Shown here one piece after another: positions 1 through 13,483 of a stretch of 64,000 nt of DNA. Source of the stretch: Botryllus schlosseri (lineage: Eukaryota); assembly GCA_051294905.1 (NCBI GenBank), contig CM119371.1, forward strand, positions 18,664,001-18,728,000, in the 5' to 3' direction. A program made the translations under genes and the position numbers. The notes below the pieces were generated by a model. It was not told the origin of the DNA, searched no databases, and saw only the letters and a list, made by a program, of their open reading frames with translations. The stretch's first letter is position 1, and each line of letters begins with the position of its first letter.

Positions 1-436
1 TATGTTGATGTGTGATTTTGTATTCCATACATTCTTTACTATAGCAACTGCTACCGATTTTTGAAAAGATATCTCGTTTGCACTTCTTTTCAAACAAAGT
101 TTTTCATGCTTTTCTAACTCAAAGATATCAGAGTAGGTTACTGAAATCCTAGTGATTCTGCAATTTACTACTGATACTTCCTGACGCTGTGACGATTCCG
201 ATTTCAGTGTGCATCAGAAATGGTATACCCAAGAGTGGCCAACCTGCAGCCATAGAACGAAAATCATGCGGCGGTCATTACATGTTGAAATTTACGTACG
301 TTGGCGGCCGGTAACATGCATTTGAATTAGAGAATGGGATCATAAATTTCTGATTGATTCAATTCAACTTTAATATTTCTTTGCACCTCACGTGATTCAC
401 GGGACTTGGTTTAAATCGTTTTAACATAACATATTG

Positions 437-959
437 TGGAGGTCTACCGATATTGCTTTTGCAGTCCGATACCGATTATCGACACACTCGCAAGGCCGGT
501 TACCGATAGCATAGGTTGATATACATATGGAAGGCGCAGAGAGCCATTTGGCCGAAAATATCGTGTGTTAGGCAAGATGGCCATTGTACATGCCACAGAA
601 AGCTGAACAACAAACAAGCAAACTGAAATTAGAAAGAATTATTGCTGAATTGTTCACATTCATTGAAATCTGGGCTAACCCAAAAAGCAAAACATACTAC
701 AGAATTACAGATCAATCCAGTAGTTGTAATTTGTAATGCAGGAGGCACAAAGTTTTTCTGCATAACCACATAGTAAAACTCGTCCTGCAAGCGTAAATCT
801 GTCCCGTGTCTCCCTTTGTGTCGTTGATTTCTTGAGATTGTGAACTCGGAGCATTAAATCTCCAATATTTTTTCAATATATAAAATATTGGCCTTCAAAT
901 GCCGATATCGATAATCGGGGAAAGTTCCAAATATCGGCCTCGATAATCGGTCGACCTTT
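437..959. mobile_element. Degenerate MITE (GAGGTCGACCGAT-type ends)
   Basis: Left GAGGTCTACCGATAT and right ATAATCGGTCGACCT are imperfect inverted termini with ACCGATA/TATCGG subterminal repeats; no clean TSD. Confidence 0.4.
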
Positions 960-1961
960 TGCACTCTGAGCCTCATGGCACAAATGAGAACCGCATAATA
1001 CGATGATACGCTCACATAAATTAAAACCAATTTGGAATCGTGTGTGTCTCACGAATGAAGGTTTTTGGTACGTTCAAGCGATTCCTATTTTCACTATATT
1101 GACAATTCTGATGGGGGGAGGGGAAGGAATGAATTACATGCGAATAACTGATGCATTCATGCAACATCTATTGTTGCATATAATTGTAATTGTGTACCAG
1201 GAACCCTGTCGTGTTCTACTTGCCGTAGTTTGGATCTACTTGCAAAACTTATATCACTTGTACTTTAGCATAATTTCTAGCAATCATTCTACTTAAGTGG
1301 TGCATGTATTAGTGAATTATTTGACTCTCGGTAGCAAGGGACTTATTTTTTGCGGATAATGAAAGTAGGTTTCTATCTATTATATCTATGCTTCTTGCTC
1401 AAATGTTATATTCATAAGACTACCTCCACTTCAATTGATTCTTCAGCGAGACAGCTACATTTTTACCTGATGTCAGGTAGAACTTAGATTTATTTTAGAT
1501 CTCAATCATTTTTGTTAGTGAAAATGTTGTACGGGTAACCACCTTCCATAAAAATCCCAGCAGACAGAACGTAATACATGGCCTTCAACCTGAGCTACAA
1601 AGAAGTATCATGGCTCCATTAGCTCAGCCATGGGACAACTAAATAATAGTGATATGCAGACGCGAGGTTGCCGTCCGTATTCATTTTTCAAATTTTACTG
1701 GCTTCTTGACTGAATTGTTAAGTAACCTAATAACGCTGTGCACTGCACCAATTTCGAGGCAATTCTAACCTATAGAAGCATTGCTATTTAAGTAGAAGGT
1801 TTTGGATTTATTTATAAAATTATAATCAAAATGTTAGTGGTGAGTGGTGACCTCATTCATTTGTTAGGCTGCCTGAATTGATCCACAACAAATTTGACTC
1901 GATTCCAACCGGTAGACCTGTACCGGTAGTTATTAAAAATGTAGGATTTCTAATCATAGTA

Positions 1962-2773
1962 CCGTAATTTTCTGAATATAGTGCGCCCCCATGTATAATA
2001 CGCACCCGTAAAATGGCGTTAAAATTCTGGGGAAAAGCCTGTAACCATGTATAGTATGCACCCTGCATTCGCAGTACATGAATAGTTGTGTTATAGTACA
2101 CGATGTTGTTCTGTTTTGCGATGTCACTGTCGAACAATCATGACATAACCATCGCTAATCAGTAATCATATTACAATTAACGGCATTGTCTCTAAACCAG
2201 AGTAGATAGTAGCCAAAGCCTGCGAGGCCGGCGACGCGATAGTTCAGGCTAGCGACACACGACATCTTGCGCACGAGGCCTATTACAATTACAGAATACA
2301 GATGCGATTGCTCAGGCCAACGGTTATGTCGGGCGCACCAGTCCTGTTGGAGATGCGACTGATAACGCAAGCGATGATTATATCTTGCGCACATGGCCTC
2401 TTGTGTACGCGATTGTAAAGGCCTGTTGTTGACGCGATGAATCAGCAAGGATTGCCGCGGACGCTTGTAGCTTGTAACGGCTAACTCAACAGGCACTGTG
2501 CAGACGACTCTCGTTAATTGGCAACACGCTTTTTGTTAATTGGCATCACGCTTCTCTATTTAGCAGTGCGTTACCCTCTATAATACGAATTATGTGACAC
2601 GCTGGCTAGAAGTGATGCGCGATTGGACACAAACATGATGAAAGGTGTGATTTCAAGTTTTTGATCGAGGGAGATTTTTTTCAAGGCTTGCTGTACCCAT
2701 GTATAATACGCACTCCCCTATTTTAGGGCAAAAAATCGGTAAAATTTTGCGCATTATACATGGAAAATTACGG
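1962..2773. mobile_element. Non-autonomous TA-flanked DNA transposon (pogo/Tc1-mariner-like MITE)
   Basis: TA-CCGTAATTTTC...GAAAATTACGG-TA termini; internal repeated CCCATGTATAATACGCAC. Confidence 0.7.
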
Positions 2774-3672
2774 TATTTATAGTTATATTACCATACATCC
2801 TCTATTAAAAGGGTTTGTCCTCTTTTTTAAAAATTTTGGTTAAATCTATGTCAAATTTAGATAGATTCAGAGATTTAGGCAATTAGTACTCAAGTAACGT
2901 TCCGGCGTATCTTTCTGGAGTTGAGCCAGAAAATTGACCTTTTTTTAGTCAACCAACAGAGAATTCAAAGAAAGTGCGTATTACTGGAGTCGAGTTGGAA
3001 AAATGACCTTGTTCTTCGTCAATCTTCTACAAACTCGGAATAAATTTATCAATATTTCTGGATTTTACCCCGGTTTTGTGAGGCTGAAAATTTTTGAAAA
3101 TTGTCCTCTGTTCAGATTTCCAAAATATGGTAACCCTAATTTTTAATGATCTATAATAGAAAGATTTTGCTACTGTAAATACTATTTCTTTTCTAATCCA
3201 AAATTTTTTACTCCAATAACTTTGCTTTTACCGGTTGGGATTGAGCCAAATTTTTTTGTACATAGAATTTTCAGATAACCTAACAATTTTATGGGGTATA
3301 TCAATAAATTGATACTGATACCTTTATGTGACTCTGTTCAAGTTTCTGTAAGGTGCCGGCCACTAGCCAATGAAATTTGAAAAATAATTTGTACCGGTAC
3401 CCTTATTTTTATCATATCGCAATGCTTCTGTAGGTTGGAATTGTTGCAAAATAGGAGTGCAGCGTATTTCTAGGTAACTTAACAATTATGTCAACTGTCA
3501 AGTATCCAGTAAAATTTGCCAAATAAAAGGTATTTTCGAGCAGCTTTACTGCGCAGGCGTAAAGTTACCATTGCATGATACTCGCAGGTAATCAATAATG
3601 TCAATAATGAAGTACCTCTACATTTCCAAAATATCTAGTTACATTACTTATGATGTTAGACTACGTCTAGTT

Positions 3673-4813
3673 CAGGGGGTCCGCGAAACCTCTGAATTTG
3701 CAGAATCGTTCGTAGCTAAATTTTTTTTATTAGAAAAATCACGAAGTTTCGCTTCATAACTACTAAAAGTTGATAACTCACATTAACAGAATGGCCCTAT
3801 GAGATGAAATATTCTACTGTGTAAAGTCGTTTTAATTGCCAATAGCGTACTGATACAAACATATTGGTGTTAAGAGATGTTTTGTTATGATTTTGGAAAG
3901 AAATTGTTTGCAAATATCTATTTTCTCTTGTTGTATACGTGACCGCCATTCCGGAATAACTTCAAGATGAGCTTCTAGAGAAATGTCTAGGCTGGATGTT
4001 TATCTGTAAAAACCTGTTTCTCCATTTTGGTGTCATATATGTTGTGATCATACCCAAAGGTGTTGTCGGAAGTGGTGCACGTCATTATCACATTCCCCAC
4101 CATCTATCAGGGTTGTAACCTAGTCATAAGACTCCGAGTCACAAGTCAATCTCACTTTCATAGTTTTGACTCGAGTGAAGTCGAGTCATTTTTAATTCAC
4201 CACCGAGTCAAGTCCGAGTCCAAGTCAGCGTGCAGAGGGCCGAGTCCGAGCCATAGTATTATGACTCGCGTCGGAGTCCATGCCATTGTGTTCACTGCTG
4301 TTTCCAGTTGAGGACTTGATAATTCCACTTAGTGTGGTTACTTTACTCTTCTTCGAAATTATAATTAAATGTAGGTCTTTGTCGTCTTAGTCTTGAGTCA
4401 TATGACTTGTTTCGAGTCATGCGCAAAGACTCCAGTCCAAGTCAAGTCGAGTCATTTTCATATTTTGATAAAATGACTCGAGTCAAGTCGAGTCATTACA
4501 TCCCTGCCACCTATCGATGTGAAGATGGATTTTCGGCACTCACTCATGTCAAATAGACGGCACGCAATTTCAAAACATGTATTTTACAAAATTTAGCCAG
4601 TGAAATAGCTTTGAAAGAACAAAAGTCGTCCCAATTTCCACATAAATAGTAGGCCATGTTAGTTTTTAAGATTACTGGTACAGTTACTATTGGCACAGGA
4701 CAGATAACGGTTGCACGATAATAGAGCTAAATTTGAACTAGAACTTCAGGTATCTGTGGGGTACCGTACGGTCCAAAAGGGGTCCGTGAAGACAAAAACA
4801 TTGAGAACCACTG
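3673..4813. mobile_element. hAT-type MITE hosting the 4108-4506 element
   Basis: CAGGGGGTCC start, TTGAGAACCACTG end, GGGGTCCG subterminal motifs, TSD GTCTAGTT/TTCTAATT (6/8). Confidence 0.55.
4108..4506. mobile_element. hAT-type MITE, GAGTC-rich family, copy 1
   Basis: CAGGGTTGTAA...TTACATCCCTG termini; TSD CCATCTAT/CCACCTAT (7/8); many GAGTC/GACTC motifs. Confidence 0.75.
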
Positions 4814-5276
4814 TTCTAATTGGGTAGTGTTTAAGGCAAAACTATTTGCTTTTTACAATTTGGATTTCAAAACGCAGTACATGTTTTCGCACTATGTTTT
4901 CATCACTATCGTCTGAGAAATTGCCACCACGGGTAGGCCTGCTAGCCATCACAGTAACTGTTGTACCTATTGTACCTATTTGTAGGCTTGTTATTCATTT
5001 TGTGTTAGTTGCGAAAGTAGCCTTCGCTGATTTACATGCTAAAAGCAGGGTTGTAACCAAGTCACAAGGTTCCGAGTCACAAGTCGATTCCAATTTTATA
5101 GTTTTGACTCGAATGAAGTCGAGTCATTTTCTATTCACCACCGAGTCAAATCCGAGTCCAATTCAGTAAGTGGAGCATTGGTTTCTCAAACTGGGTGCGC
5201 GCCTCCAATTCATGGGTATTACTCCGTGTATAATCCGGATTTCATATTTGAGAATCCTCTCTTCAACAGTCATTAC

Positions 5277-6641
5277 TAGGGCGTTTTTTTACATGTCAAA
5301 ATGAGTCAAAATTATGTCAAAATTGTAATGTTAGGTCAGGAAATTTTTAAAATTGTTTACATAGTCAAAAAATTTTTGCAACCTAAATTTTGTTTGTATT
5401 GTAGATGTTTGCACTGTTGATGAACCATAGCCTATATAAAGACTATGGATGAACTTAGCATTAGACATTTTGCAGCTTGTAGCCTACTTTATAGGCCTAC
5501 CTTTGACCCATTGTCTGCTCATCGTGAATCATAAACGGTCAAATGAAACAAATAAGGTGACATATTTTTATGCGCGACGTACAGCAATATCCTAACTGAA
5601 GCAAGACTGCGTGGGCATTGGTTCTTATATCAAGAAATGTACATTGTAAAACTGTGATGTAGGTAGACATTGTCATCATGAAGCAGCACGGTGTGTCGCC
5701 AGCAGTGTACGCACAACTTTAGTGTTGTCAGCCAACAACTGCTGCGGTTGAGCAGTCTTTCTCCATTCTTGGCAATCTACTTAGTACTTCGAAAGGGACA
5801 TAAATAGGGCTGGGCAAAATCGAGTACCTGAGTGATTCGATTCTGAATCACGTAATATGCTTCGAGTCGAGTATCACTCGTTATGACGTCATAAAAGAAT
5901 GTAATATGTCAAAGTTCAAATATGTACCGTTTATGCCCCCACAAGGAATATAATGATTTTTATCCGTCTCATAAATGATAATTTGGTATTTTTTCGACCA
6001 TACCGATTTCATTCCACTTGATTACAAATGTTGTGAGATAATCATGACTTAGGAAATGTGCTACGTCCAATAATCTACGTAGCTTCGTACCATATGTTTC
6101 GTATGCTACGATACCGCCATCCAAGGTTTCAAGGCTTCACAGTGAAAATTAGTATCGAAACTATAATTCTCGTTGATAAATTAACTTTCAGTGGCGAGAA
6201 GCGTATAATTTCAGTACTCGAAAAAATCTTATTTTACTACTCGACTCGTATCAATAAAATTAATACTCGATTCAGATTCGATTACTCGAATCATTGTGCC
6301 CAGCCCTAGACATAAACTTTCTACCCGAGAATGTAGGAAAGTTTCTTTCGTTGTCCCACAACAAATTTTATTTGTTTCTACCATAAACAAAGTTTTTTCA
6401 TAGTCAAAATTTGTCAGATATTTAGATGAAAAAAAAGATTTTTCAGGCCAAACTACTTCGTAAGGATGGACACTGGACAGTTCCAACCAGAACTGAACAT
6501 AAGTAGTACAATTCTAACGTTATATGGGAAATGCCGGAAAACATTCAATTTGCATACATTAGGTCAAAATTTGGTCACAATTAATTTTCTGATTGTCAAA
6601 GAATGTCAAAATTTTGATGTTTTAGGTAAGAAAACGCCCTA
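5277..6641. mobile_element. hAT-type MITE (TAGGGCGTTTT ends)
   Basis: TAGGGCGTTTT...AAAACGCCCTA termini; GTCAAAA subterminal repeats; TSD GTCATTAC/GTCATAAT. Confidence 0.7.
5805..6308. mobile_element. hAT-type MITE (TAGGGCTGGGC family)
   Basis: TAGGGCTGGGCA...TGCCCAGCCCTA; perfect TSD GACATAAA; inverted homologue at 31681-32196. Confidence 0.85.
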
Positions 6642-6789
6642 GTCATAATCTTCCATGCCATAAAATCAAACTATCCGTTGGGATTGTTAGCACTCTGGTT
6701 GCATTTCGTGATATGACGATAAATAAAGGGGGGAGCGAAATTTTTCATTATCATAAAGTGAGGCCTGTCTAACAACGTTTGACAACCAT

Positions 6790-7113
6790 AGGAGTAGGAA
6801 GGAAAGGACGTAGTTTATTTTTGTCCTTGATGTTTATTGCGGCATATACACTACACATACACACGGTCTGTGCATATGCACACCATGAGTGCATGATGTG
6901 CATATGCTGCTGGACAAGAAAGTGCAGATATAGCCTTTACGGCTTTTTAAGTCATCCACCACCTTTCCATGCTATCCCAGCAATGCATGAGCGCCAAGCA
7001 GGGAAGTCATGGATACCAGTGTTACTAATCAGGTCTTTGGTCTGACCCGGTCGGAGATCGAACCCACGACCTACCGATCAAGAAGCCGGACGCTTCACCA
7101 GTACGCTATTTTG
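6790..7113 (-). mobile_element. tRNA-derived SINE, central core resembles the Meta-SINE domain
   Basis: Minus strand: A box TAGCGTACTGG, B box GGTTCGATCTCC, then GGGTCAGACCAAAGAC...TGGTATCCATGACTTCCCTGCTTGGCGCTCA; core family assigned from memory; 3' boundary approximate. Confidence 0.65.
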
Positions 7114-7879
7114 TCAGTAAGTAGAGGGTCGAGTCCGAGTCATAGTGTCATTCTGTTCACTGTTCAGTTTTGAGCTCATCCCACTTTTTACAACTCTGCT
7201 CGAGTGATATAGAATGGCTAGCATTCGTATATAGTGATTTCCCTCAGTCTTAACAGTTTCTGGCCCTATTCTCTAAGTACCAGGACTGACAAACGAAATA
7301 CCAATAATGGAGGACTACTATTCTTTGAAGTTTCAATGCAATGTGTGTCCTGGCCGTCCTAGTCTTGAGTCATATTACTTGGTTCAAGTCATGCACAATG
7401 TCCCAAGTTCAAGTCAGGTTTATACACATAATGGTTCTGGTCAAGTCACTAGAAAATCGCGACTCGAATCTACCTGGCTAAAAGTATGCAAACATTCGAC
7501 CAAATCTAGTGTACGAACTACCTACTCCAGTCCTTCCCAATTTTGTCTAGTCTTCAAAATCGTTACCTCTATTTGAGTCGCATCCTCGACTGCTTTGACC
7601 GTCTTTGACTAGATATTACGAAATAACACATATTATATGCTTCTCGGTTGAAACCTTGGAATTGCAACCAATATGGTTTGAAGATTGAATTATTTTAATT
7701 ATGTTGCGAAGTATGTCAAAATCTGCCTATGATGTGGTTGCTGAACCAATATACGATTGAGATAGTCAATAAACATCTATGAATGCACTGGAATCTAACG
7801 AAGAAAGATTGCATGTGTTATAGTGGTTTCCTTATCTTACTCTCCGCATAATAATGTACAATCCCAGGAAAGCGTTACG

Positions 7880-8203
7880 TTCTCTGTGTTGCAGAAGCTC
7901 TTGTCAGTTGCAAGAGTCAGAGCATCGACCTACTGCGTGAGAACCTTTTCTTCCTCAGTTGCCATTATGTGGAAACATCTCCCAGTTTCTATCACTTCAT
8001 CTGACTCACTATATGTTTTCAAGCGCAAAATTAAAACCGTTCGAACTGCAGTAGTGTTTATTCTGCTCAACAACTATGCACTCCATCTGTTATGCATATC
8101 ATATACTTTTATATGTTATTGCCTCTTGTGTAAAGCGCCCAAGTGTAGTAATGATATATTCGGTGCTTATAGATTATATCCTTATATTATATTATTATTA
8201 TAA
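7880..8203 (+). mobile_element. LINE 3' end fragment (L2-like)
   Basis: Translates RTFSSSVAIMWKHLPVSITSSDSLYVFKRKIKT (ORF2 C-terminal WN.LP..I..S...FK..LKT motif), then TGTAAAGCGC 3' motif and (TAT)n tail. Confidence 0.65.
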
Positions 8204-8246
8204 TAGCATATAACAAACAAGAATAATGTAAAAGGGTAGTGTAAAG

Positions 8247-8964
8247 CAGTGGTTCCCAACCGCCGGTCCGCCAGGTATGTTAAAATTTCATAATTTAATT
8301 TCAAGATGCAATATGGTGAAGGCTTGTCCATTGATAAATAATAAATTTCAAGCTGATTCAGAACTTTGTGAGGTTATATTGGGCCTGGAATCATTTTCGA
8401 TTTGACTTGAAGCTCAAGCCATCTCTGGTGACGACATGAAGTACTGGCTGACTAGCAACAAGTAGGCCTACGAGCAGACTTGCCAAACCACGTAGTAATC
8501 ACGATCATTAGCGTTCGATTCATTCATTTGGTGGATGGCCAGTTATCGCTATTGCCAGGTATTTTTGTGCCGCACATTGTATACGTTTGGTGGGAAATAA
8601 GCAAGGTAGCAGGACGCGGTGCTTGGTCCAACTCCAAAACGGTTCTTCTCTCAATATTGTCGAAGAGAAGAATATATTTGAGTTGACGTAGGCGGTTAAT
8701 CCACGGCCTACGGTGAGAAAGACTGTAATTGACTCGCAGCGGTAGCATGTTTATCTACCTCGATTCACCATTACATGAATACTATTATGAACATATTTGA
8801 TTACGAACAAAATCCTGATACTGTGACTTTCTGGTATTATACTTACAAAAACAGTTGTATGCTTTATATTTTGGGTTCATTTCAGTTTTTGAATGTCCAC
8901 CGGTCCGCAAAACATTATTTGAAATTTTACTGGTCCGCGAGGTGAAAAAGGTTGAGAACCTATG
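8247..8964. mobile_element. hAT-type MITE
   Basis: CAGTGGTTCCCAACC...GGTTGAGAACCTATG; GGTCCGC subterminal repeats; TSD GTGTAAAG/GTCTGAAG. Confidence 0.7.
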
Positions 8965-8994
8965 GTCTGAAGGCTTACATGAATATTCATACTG

Positions 8995-10191
8995 GTGTGT
9001 AAAATTACACCTGTGCTCTTTGCAGGAAATACTTTGCCTACAATAGTGTACAAAACCGGCACGGCTATGCCTGCTGGTGTCAGTAGACATACTTGTGGTA
9101 TTTGTGGACAAGCATGTATTTCAAAATCCTCCTTAAAGAAACATGTTGATATCCATTTTGGTGTCAAAAATCATGAATGCAAAATTTGTTGGAAAAAATT
9201 TGCTCGAAAAGATCATCTCAAGATCCATATTGATGCGCATACCGGTGTCAAGAACCATAGCTGTGATGTTTGCGGGAAAGAATTTTCTCAAAAGACTCAT
9301 CTCAAGACACATATGAATATGCATATCGGTGGCAGGAATTATCTCTGTGCTATTTGTGGGAAGAAATTCGCCTTGAAGGGTGGCCTGGACGCTCACATGA
9401 AGATTCATGCTGGTGTCAAAAATCATTGCTGTGATGTTTGTGGAAAAGCATTTATTGACAAACAGGAATTAAAGACGCATTTTAGTATTCATGTTAGTGA
9501 TGGGAATCATGAATGTTATATTTGCGGGAAAGAATTTTCCCGGAAGAATATCCTGAAGATTCACATGAAGATCCATGTCGGTGTCAAGAATCATGGATGT
9601 GGTGTTTGCGGGAAAGAGTTCTCTCGGAAAAGTGAACTTAACACTCACATGATGAGGCATGCCGGTGTCAGGAATCATGAATGTGGTGTTTGTGGGAAGA
9701 AATTTATTTGGAAGTCTTGTCTCCAAACCCATATGAGTTTTCATGCTGGTATAAAAAAATATAGATATGAATGTGAAGTTTGTGGAAGAGAATTCACCCA
9801 CAAGTCTTCCCGTGACAATCACATGAAAATACATGCTGATGTCAAGAATCATGAATGTGATGTTTGTGGGAAACAATTTACTCGAAGAGATCATCTCAAG
9901 ACGCACATGGATATGCATACAGCTCTGCATCTCTATAGCTGTGGTGTGTGCGGGAAAGAATTTACTTTTAAATCGGCATTCACCAAGCATTGTAAGATGC
10001 ATGTCGGTATATATCATAAATGTGATATTTGTGGGAAAGAATTTGGTCAGAAGTATCAACTCGAGACACACATGCATATGCATGCTGGTTTCAAGAAACA
10101 TAAATGTGATACTTGTGGGAAAGAATACACATCAAAATATGCCTGGAAGAAGCATATTCATATTCACGCTTGTATGACTAGCCATAAGTAA
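8995..10191 (+). CDS. Tandem C2H2 zinc-finger protein, 13 fingers; first in-frame ATG at 9067
   Basis: Long ORF with 13 C-x2-C-x12-H-x3-H repeats and (A/T)GVKNH linkers; may be one exon of a larger gene. Confidence 0.85.
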   Translation: MCKITPVLFAGNTLPTIVYKTGTAMPAGVSRHTCGICGQACISKSSLKKHVDIHFGVKNHECKICWKKFARKDHLKIHIDAHTGVKNHSCDVCGKEFSQKTHLKTHMNMHIGGRNYLCAICGKKFALKGGLDAHMKIHAGVKNHCCDVCGKAFIDKQELKTHFSIHVSDGNHECYICGKEFSRKNILKIHMKIHVGVKNHGCGVCGKEFSRKSELNTHMMRHAGVRNHECGVCGKKFIWKSCLQTHMSFHAGIKKYRYECEVCGREFTHKSSRDNHMKIHADVKNHECDVCGKQFTRRDHLKTHMDMHTALHLYSCGVCGKEFTFKSAFTKHCKMHVGIYHKCDICGKEFGQKYQLETHMHMHAGFKKHKCDTCGKEYTSKYAWKKHIHIHACMTSHK

Positions 10192-10194
10192 GGT

Positions 10195-10500
10195 GACTAT
10201 GCCTGTCAAAAGTCATAAATGTGCTGCTTGTGGGAAGGAATTTACCAGAACATCACGTTTGAAAGGAACTTTAATATTTACACTGGTATAGAAATCGTAT
10301 AAAGGTGTGTACATATTTTTGGGAAAGAAATCTCGCATAGGATTGATCTCAGGATTCATATGGATATTCATGCCAGTGGCAAGCATCAGCGGAGTTTTTT
10401 ATGGAGAAAACAATACCTTCAAGAATGTTATCTGATACCAAAAATCATAATATCGTTACTAGTACGAACTAATTTACTCGAAAATGATATTGAGCAGGCA
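10195..10500 (+). pseudogene. Decayed zinc-finger repeats past the ZNF1 stop
   Basis: Out-of-frame VKSHKCAACGKEFTRTSRLK and further broken GKE/HMDIH motifs. Confidence 0.6.
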
Positions 10501-10988
10501 TATGTATATGTATTGTGCGATTACAATTCATTAAATTAGAATTTTTGGGAACAAAAGTGCTCATAACAGTAATATAAAAATTTTCATGCATGCACGGTAC
10601 CTGATATGTCTTGGTGATGTGTCATGGTAGCAGGGGCAAACTAAATAGGCCAATTCATCATTGGTTCTCTGTGTCAATATCGAATTATTGTTGTTTATCT
10701 GATATCTATCCAAGTCACGTTGATAGCAATATGAAATCAAACTCCCTATGACGTTGCTTCCAATCACTCTTTTAGGTGGAATACCTCCCGTTATCATTTT
10801 TCGCCATGCCTAGCATATCGCCACGTCTAGCATAGCACCCATAAGCTGAAAAGACCTCGCTTCGATCGATGAACAGTACACTCTTTTTCCTGGGTATTTT
10901 TCTTCCATTTTGTCATGTGTGATGCAGCGGTACAGATTCCATCATTTTTACGGCGGAGATGCATTTTGCCTTAAATATTTGGTTCAAA

Positions 10989-11643
10989 TAGGGTTACCAC
11001 ACGTCCTCTGGGACAGTTGTTTTCAAACTATTTTTATACATGCCCACCTTTATGACAGTCGAAAAGTTCGCGCCCCCTAATCATCATGTTTCAAAATGCA
11101 ACCAGAATGCTAGCAATCCGAAAGTTTGATGGCATGGACGGTTGTGACTGCCAATGAGATAACTCTCAAATATGAAATGCAGACTATCCACAAAGCGATA
11201 GCTATGAATTAAAGGTTAATCGCGTGGACCGTGAAAAAAATCAGTTGACCGCAGCTTCGCACCCCTTTCCGGTGCTTTCATGCCACCCCCCAGTGTGAGA
11301 ACAACTGCCCCAGGAGGATTTGTCCTACTTTTCCAGGAAATTGAAAATGTCCTCCGAGGGCGCCTAAATGTCATATTTGGCTATTTGTCGTTCTTTATAG
11401 CTTTAGCAGTCATTCCAATGAACAGTAACAACGAAAAAACGCCATAAAGGACGCAAAATCCATAATGTGGATGTTGGAGCGGGTTTTTAGGGAGTCGGAC
11501 TGTAAAAAAGCCCTTTTTGTTGTCATCACTAGAGGATTTCTCTGTACATATTTTCGAATCTGTAGTTTTTTAGTGCGATATTATAGCATTTATTAGTAGT
11601 AAAATATGTCCTTCTCTCTGTATTTTATAATATGGTAACTCTG
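10989..11643. mobile_element. MITE, TAGGGTTACCA family (related ends near 2790-3138, 35846, 38645)
   Basis: TAGGGTTACCA...TGGTAACTCTG termini, TGTCCT subterminal motifs; hosts 11014-11307. Confidence 0.6.
11014..11307. mobile_element. ~300-bp hAT-type MITE (CAGTGGTTCTCAAAC family)
   Basis: CAGTTGTTTTCAAAC...GTGTGAGAACAACTG; collinear with 14789-15083 and 40598-44462. Confidence 0.7.
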
Positions 11644-13483
11644 GTTCGAACTCGATTTGGATATAATTAGTTGTTCTTCAATTAATGTTTGTTGGATACA
11701 TTAATCACGGACTGGTTTTCAACAGAACGAAGTCCGTGAAAAGCTAGATGTTGTTCAGCAAAGGTAGCTCGTGTGATTTTTGTATAGTGCTTAACTCCCT
11801 GTATGTGTATTTTGGATTCGTATTTAAATTTCTTACGTGTGATCAAATACGGTATTTCGTTCATTGCCAACTCATGTAAATTGCGCGAAGTATAAAAATG
11901 TATTTACTAAACTGCAATAAAGTGCACAACATACAGTAACTTGGATTTCAATTCCCAAGTGATTCGTATACCGGTGTATATAACGCAGAGCGAATGTTTG
12001 TAGTTGTATAATTGACTCCAGAAGGTTGCGTTTACAATTCGCTGCGTGTTTCTTCTTGCGTTCGACGGACCGGCGTAACCACGCCGTACGGCCTTGTTGG
12101 CTGAGGTACCACGACCTGTCTATTGCACACGTACTCGATGGATCACACTGACGAATATATTTTGTTTGTCTCCACGACTTGTAACTTTATTGAATCACGT
12201 ACGGCAATGTAATGGACTTCCGAATCAGCGAATAATCATGAATGGATGTGTCTACGTGGTATTACATACATATATATATCATAGTCGCGAGAGAGTATAT
12301 GCACCAAAACATTGTACGATTTATTTCTCTTATCTATAATTCACACGACAAATAGACGACTCAAGAAGGTCTTTCGGGTTTTCACTTCAGGGAATTAGGT
12401 AAGGTTCACAACACTCCCTATTGCTCAAATCTTAAAATGGCGTGAACAATATATTTCGTTGAAGTGTATATCCAATGCTGCAGAGACCAAACATTTGATA
12501 TCAGAATTAGTCCATTGATAAGCTTGCACAGACGCTATAGCCATGGTATTGGAAACTGATTTAACTAGATATCAATCGAAAGGACTGAAACGTTACTACA
12601 AAAGTACTTGAATAAAGGGATTTTGGTTTATTGCAGATATCGTGAAATCAAAACATCATTTTTTTCAAAATGCTTTCAAGCTACGTGCGTTGTTGTTTAT
12701 TCGAGCATAACACACCTAACGACACAGAGTCTGCGAAAAAATAATTTTCTGCAAAATGTTAGCCGTGTTACATTCTTGCAGAGGTAATGTGGATGTTAGT
12801 GGTTACAATTTTCGAGGGCAAAATAATATTGCAAAGGACAAAAAATATTTAGAGCGATATCAAGTTTTCCGGTTAGAGATTTCGTTGAATTGAAGACAAG
12901 TACATTTCGAGGTATTGATGACAGCTTAATTTGATACAGTGGTATCGAATAAACGATGCATACGAAACTAGCGCCTTGGCCCGGATAGCTTGAAACACCA
13001 AAACAACTAGCAGCTGTGGTGAAGGTGGTCAGTGATGTGGAGGCGGAAGCTGTATAAGATTATAACAACTTGGTTAAGTCTAAGTATGCAGAGCTTACTC
13101 TAGCACTATATGCTACTGGTCACTGCAGCAGAGATGTAGAAAGCAGTCATCGTTTGTAATTGAGTAGAGGTAAAGTAACGAATCCTTCAACTCACATACA
13201 AGTAGTTATGATAAGTAAATATTCTGGATTTAGTTTGTTTCTACTTCAAACAGACTTGAATCATAACAACCACCCAATTCAGTAGGCAAACCCTACTTAT
13301 GTACCCAAAAAAACAATTAATTCCAAAATCAACCCGTACTTGCGAAATATCATTTCGAATTTAAAACGGGATCATTCAGGCATCCATGCTGTTTGGAAGC
13401 AGGCTTGTGTTCTTGAGGACACGGAAATATTGACTTCAACTTTACCTATGAACACGCAACGAGGCATGAGTCAAACCCACGCT

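Larger units (their letters stand above)
5046..7476. mobile_element. hAT-type MITE, GAGTC-rich family, copy 2 (split by nested insertions)
   Basis: Left end collinear with the 4108 copy and resumes near 7115; perfect 8-bp TSD GCTAAAAG at 5038-5045 and 7477-7484. Confidence 0.7.

Noticed and set aside
7040..7113. tRNA gene
   Set aside because: A/B boxes are present, but it runs into a SINE core with no proper acceptor stem or terminator.
9133..10177. Antisense and alternative-frame ORFs over ZNF1 (likewise 26565-27455 over ZNF2)
   Set aside because: Shadow ORFs produced by periodic finger codons.
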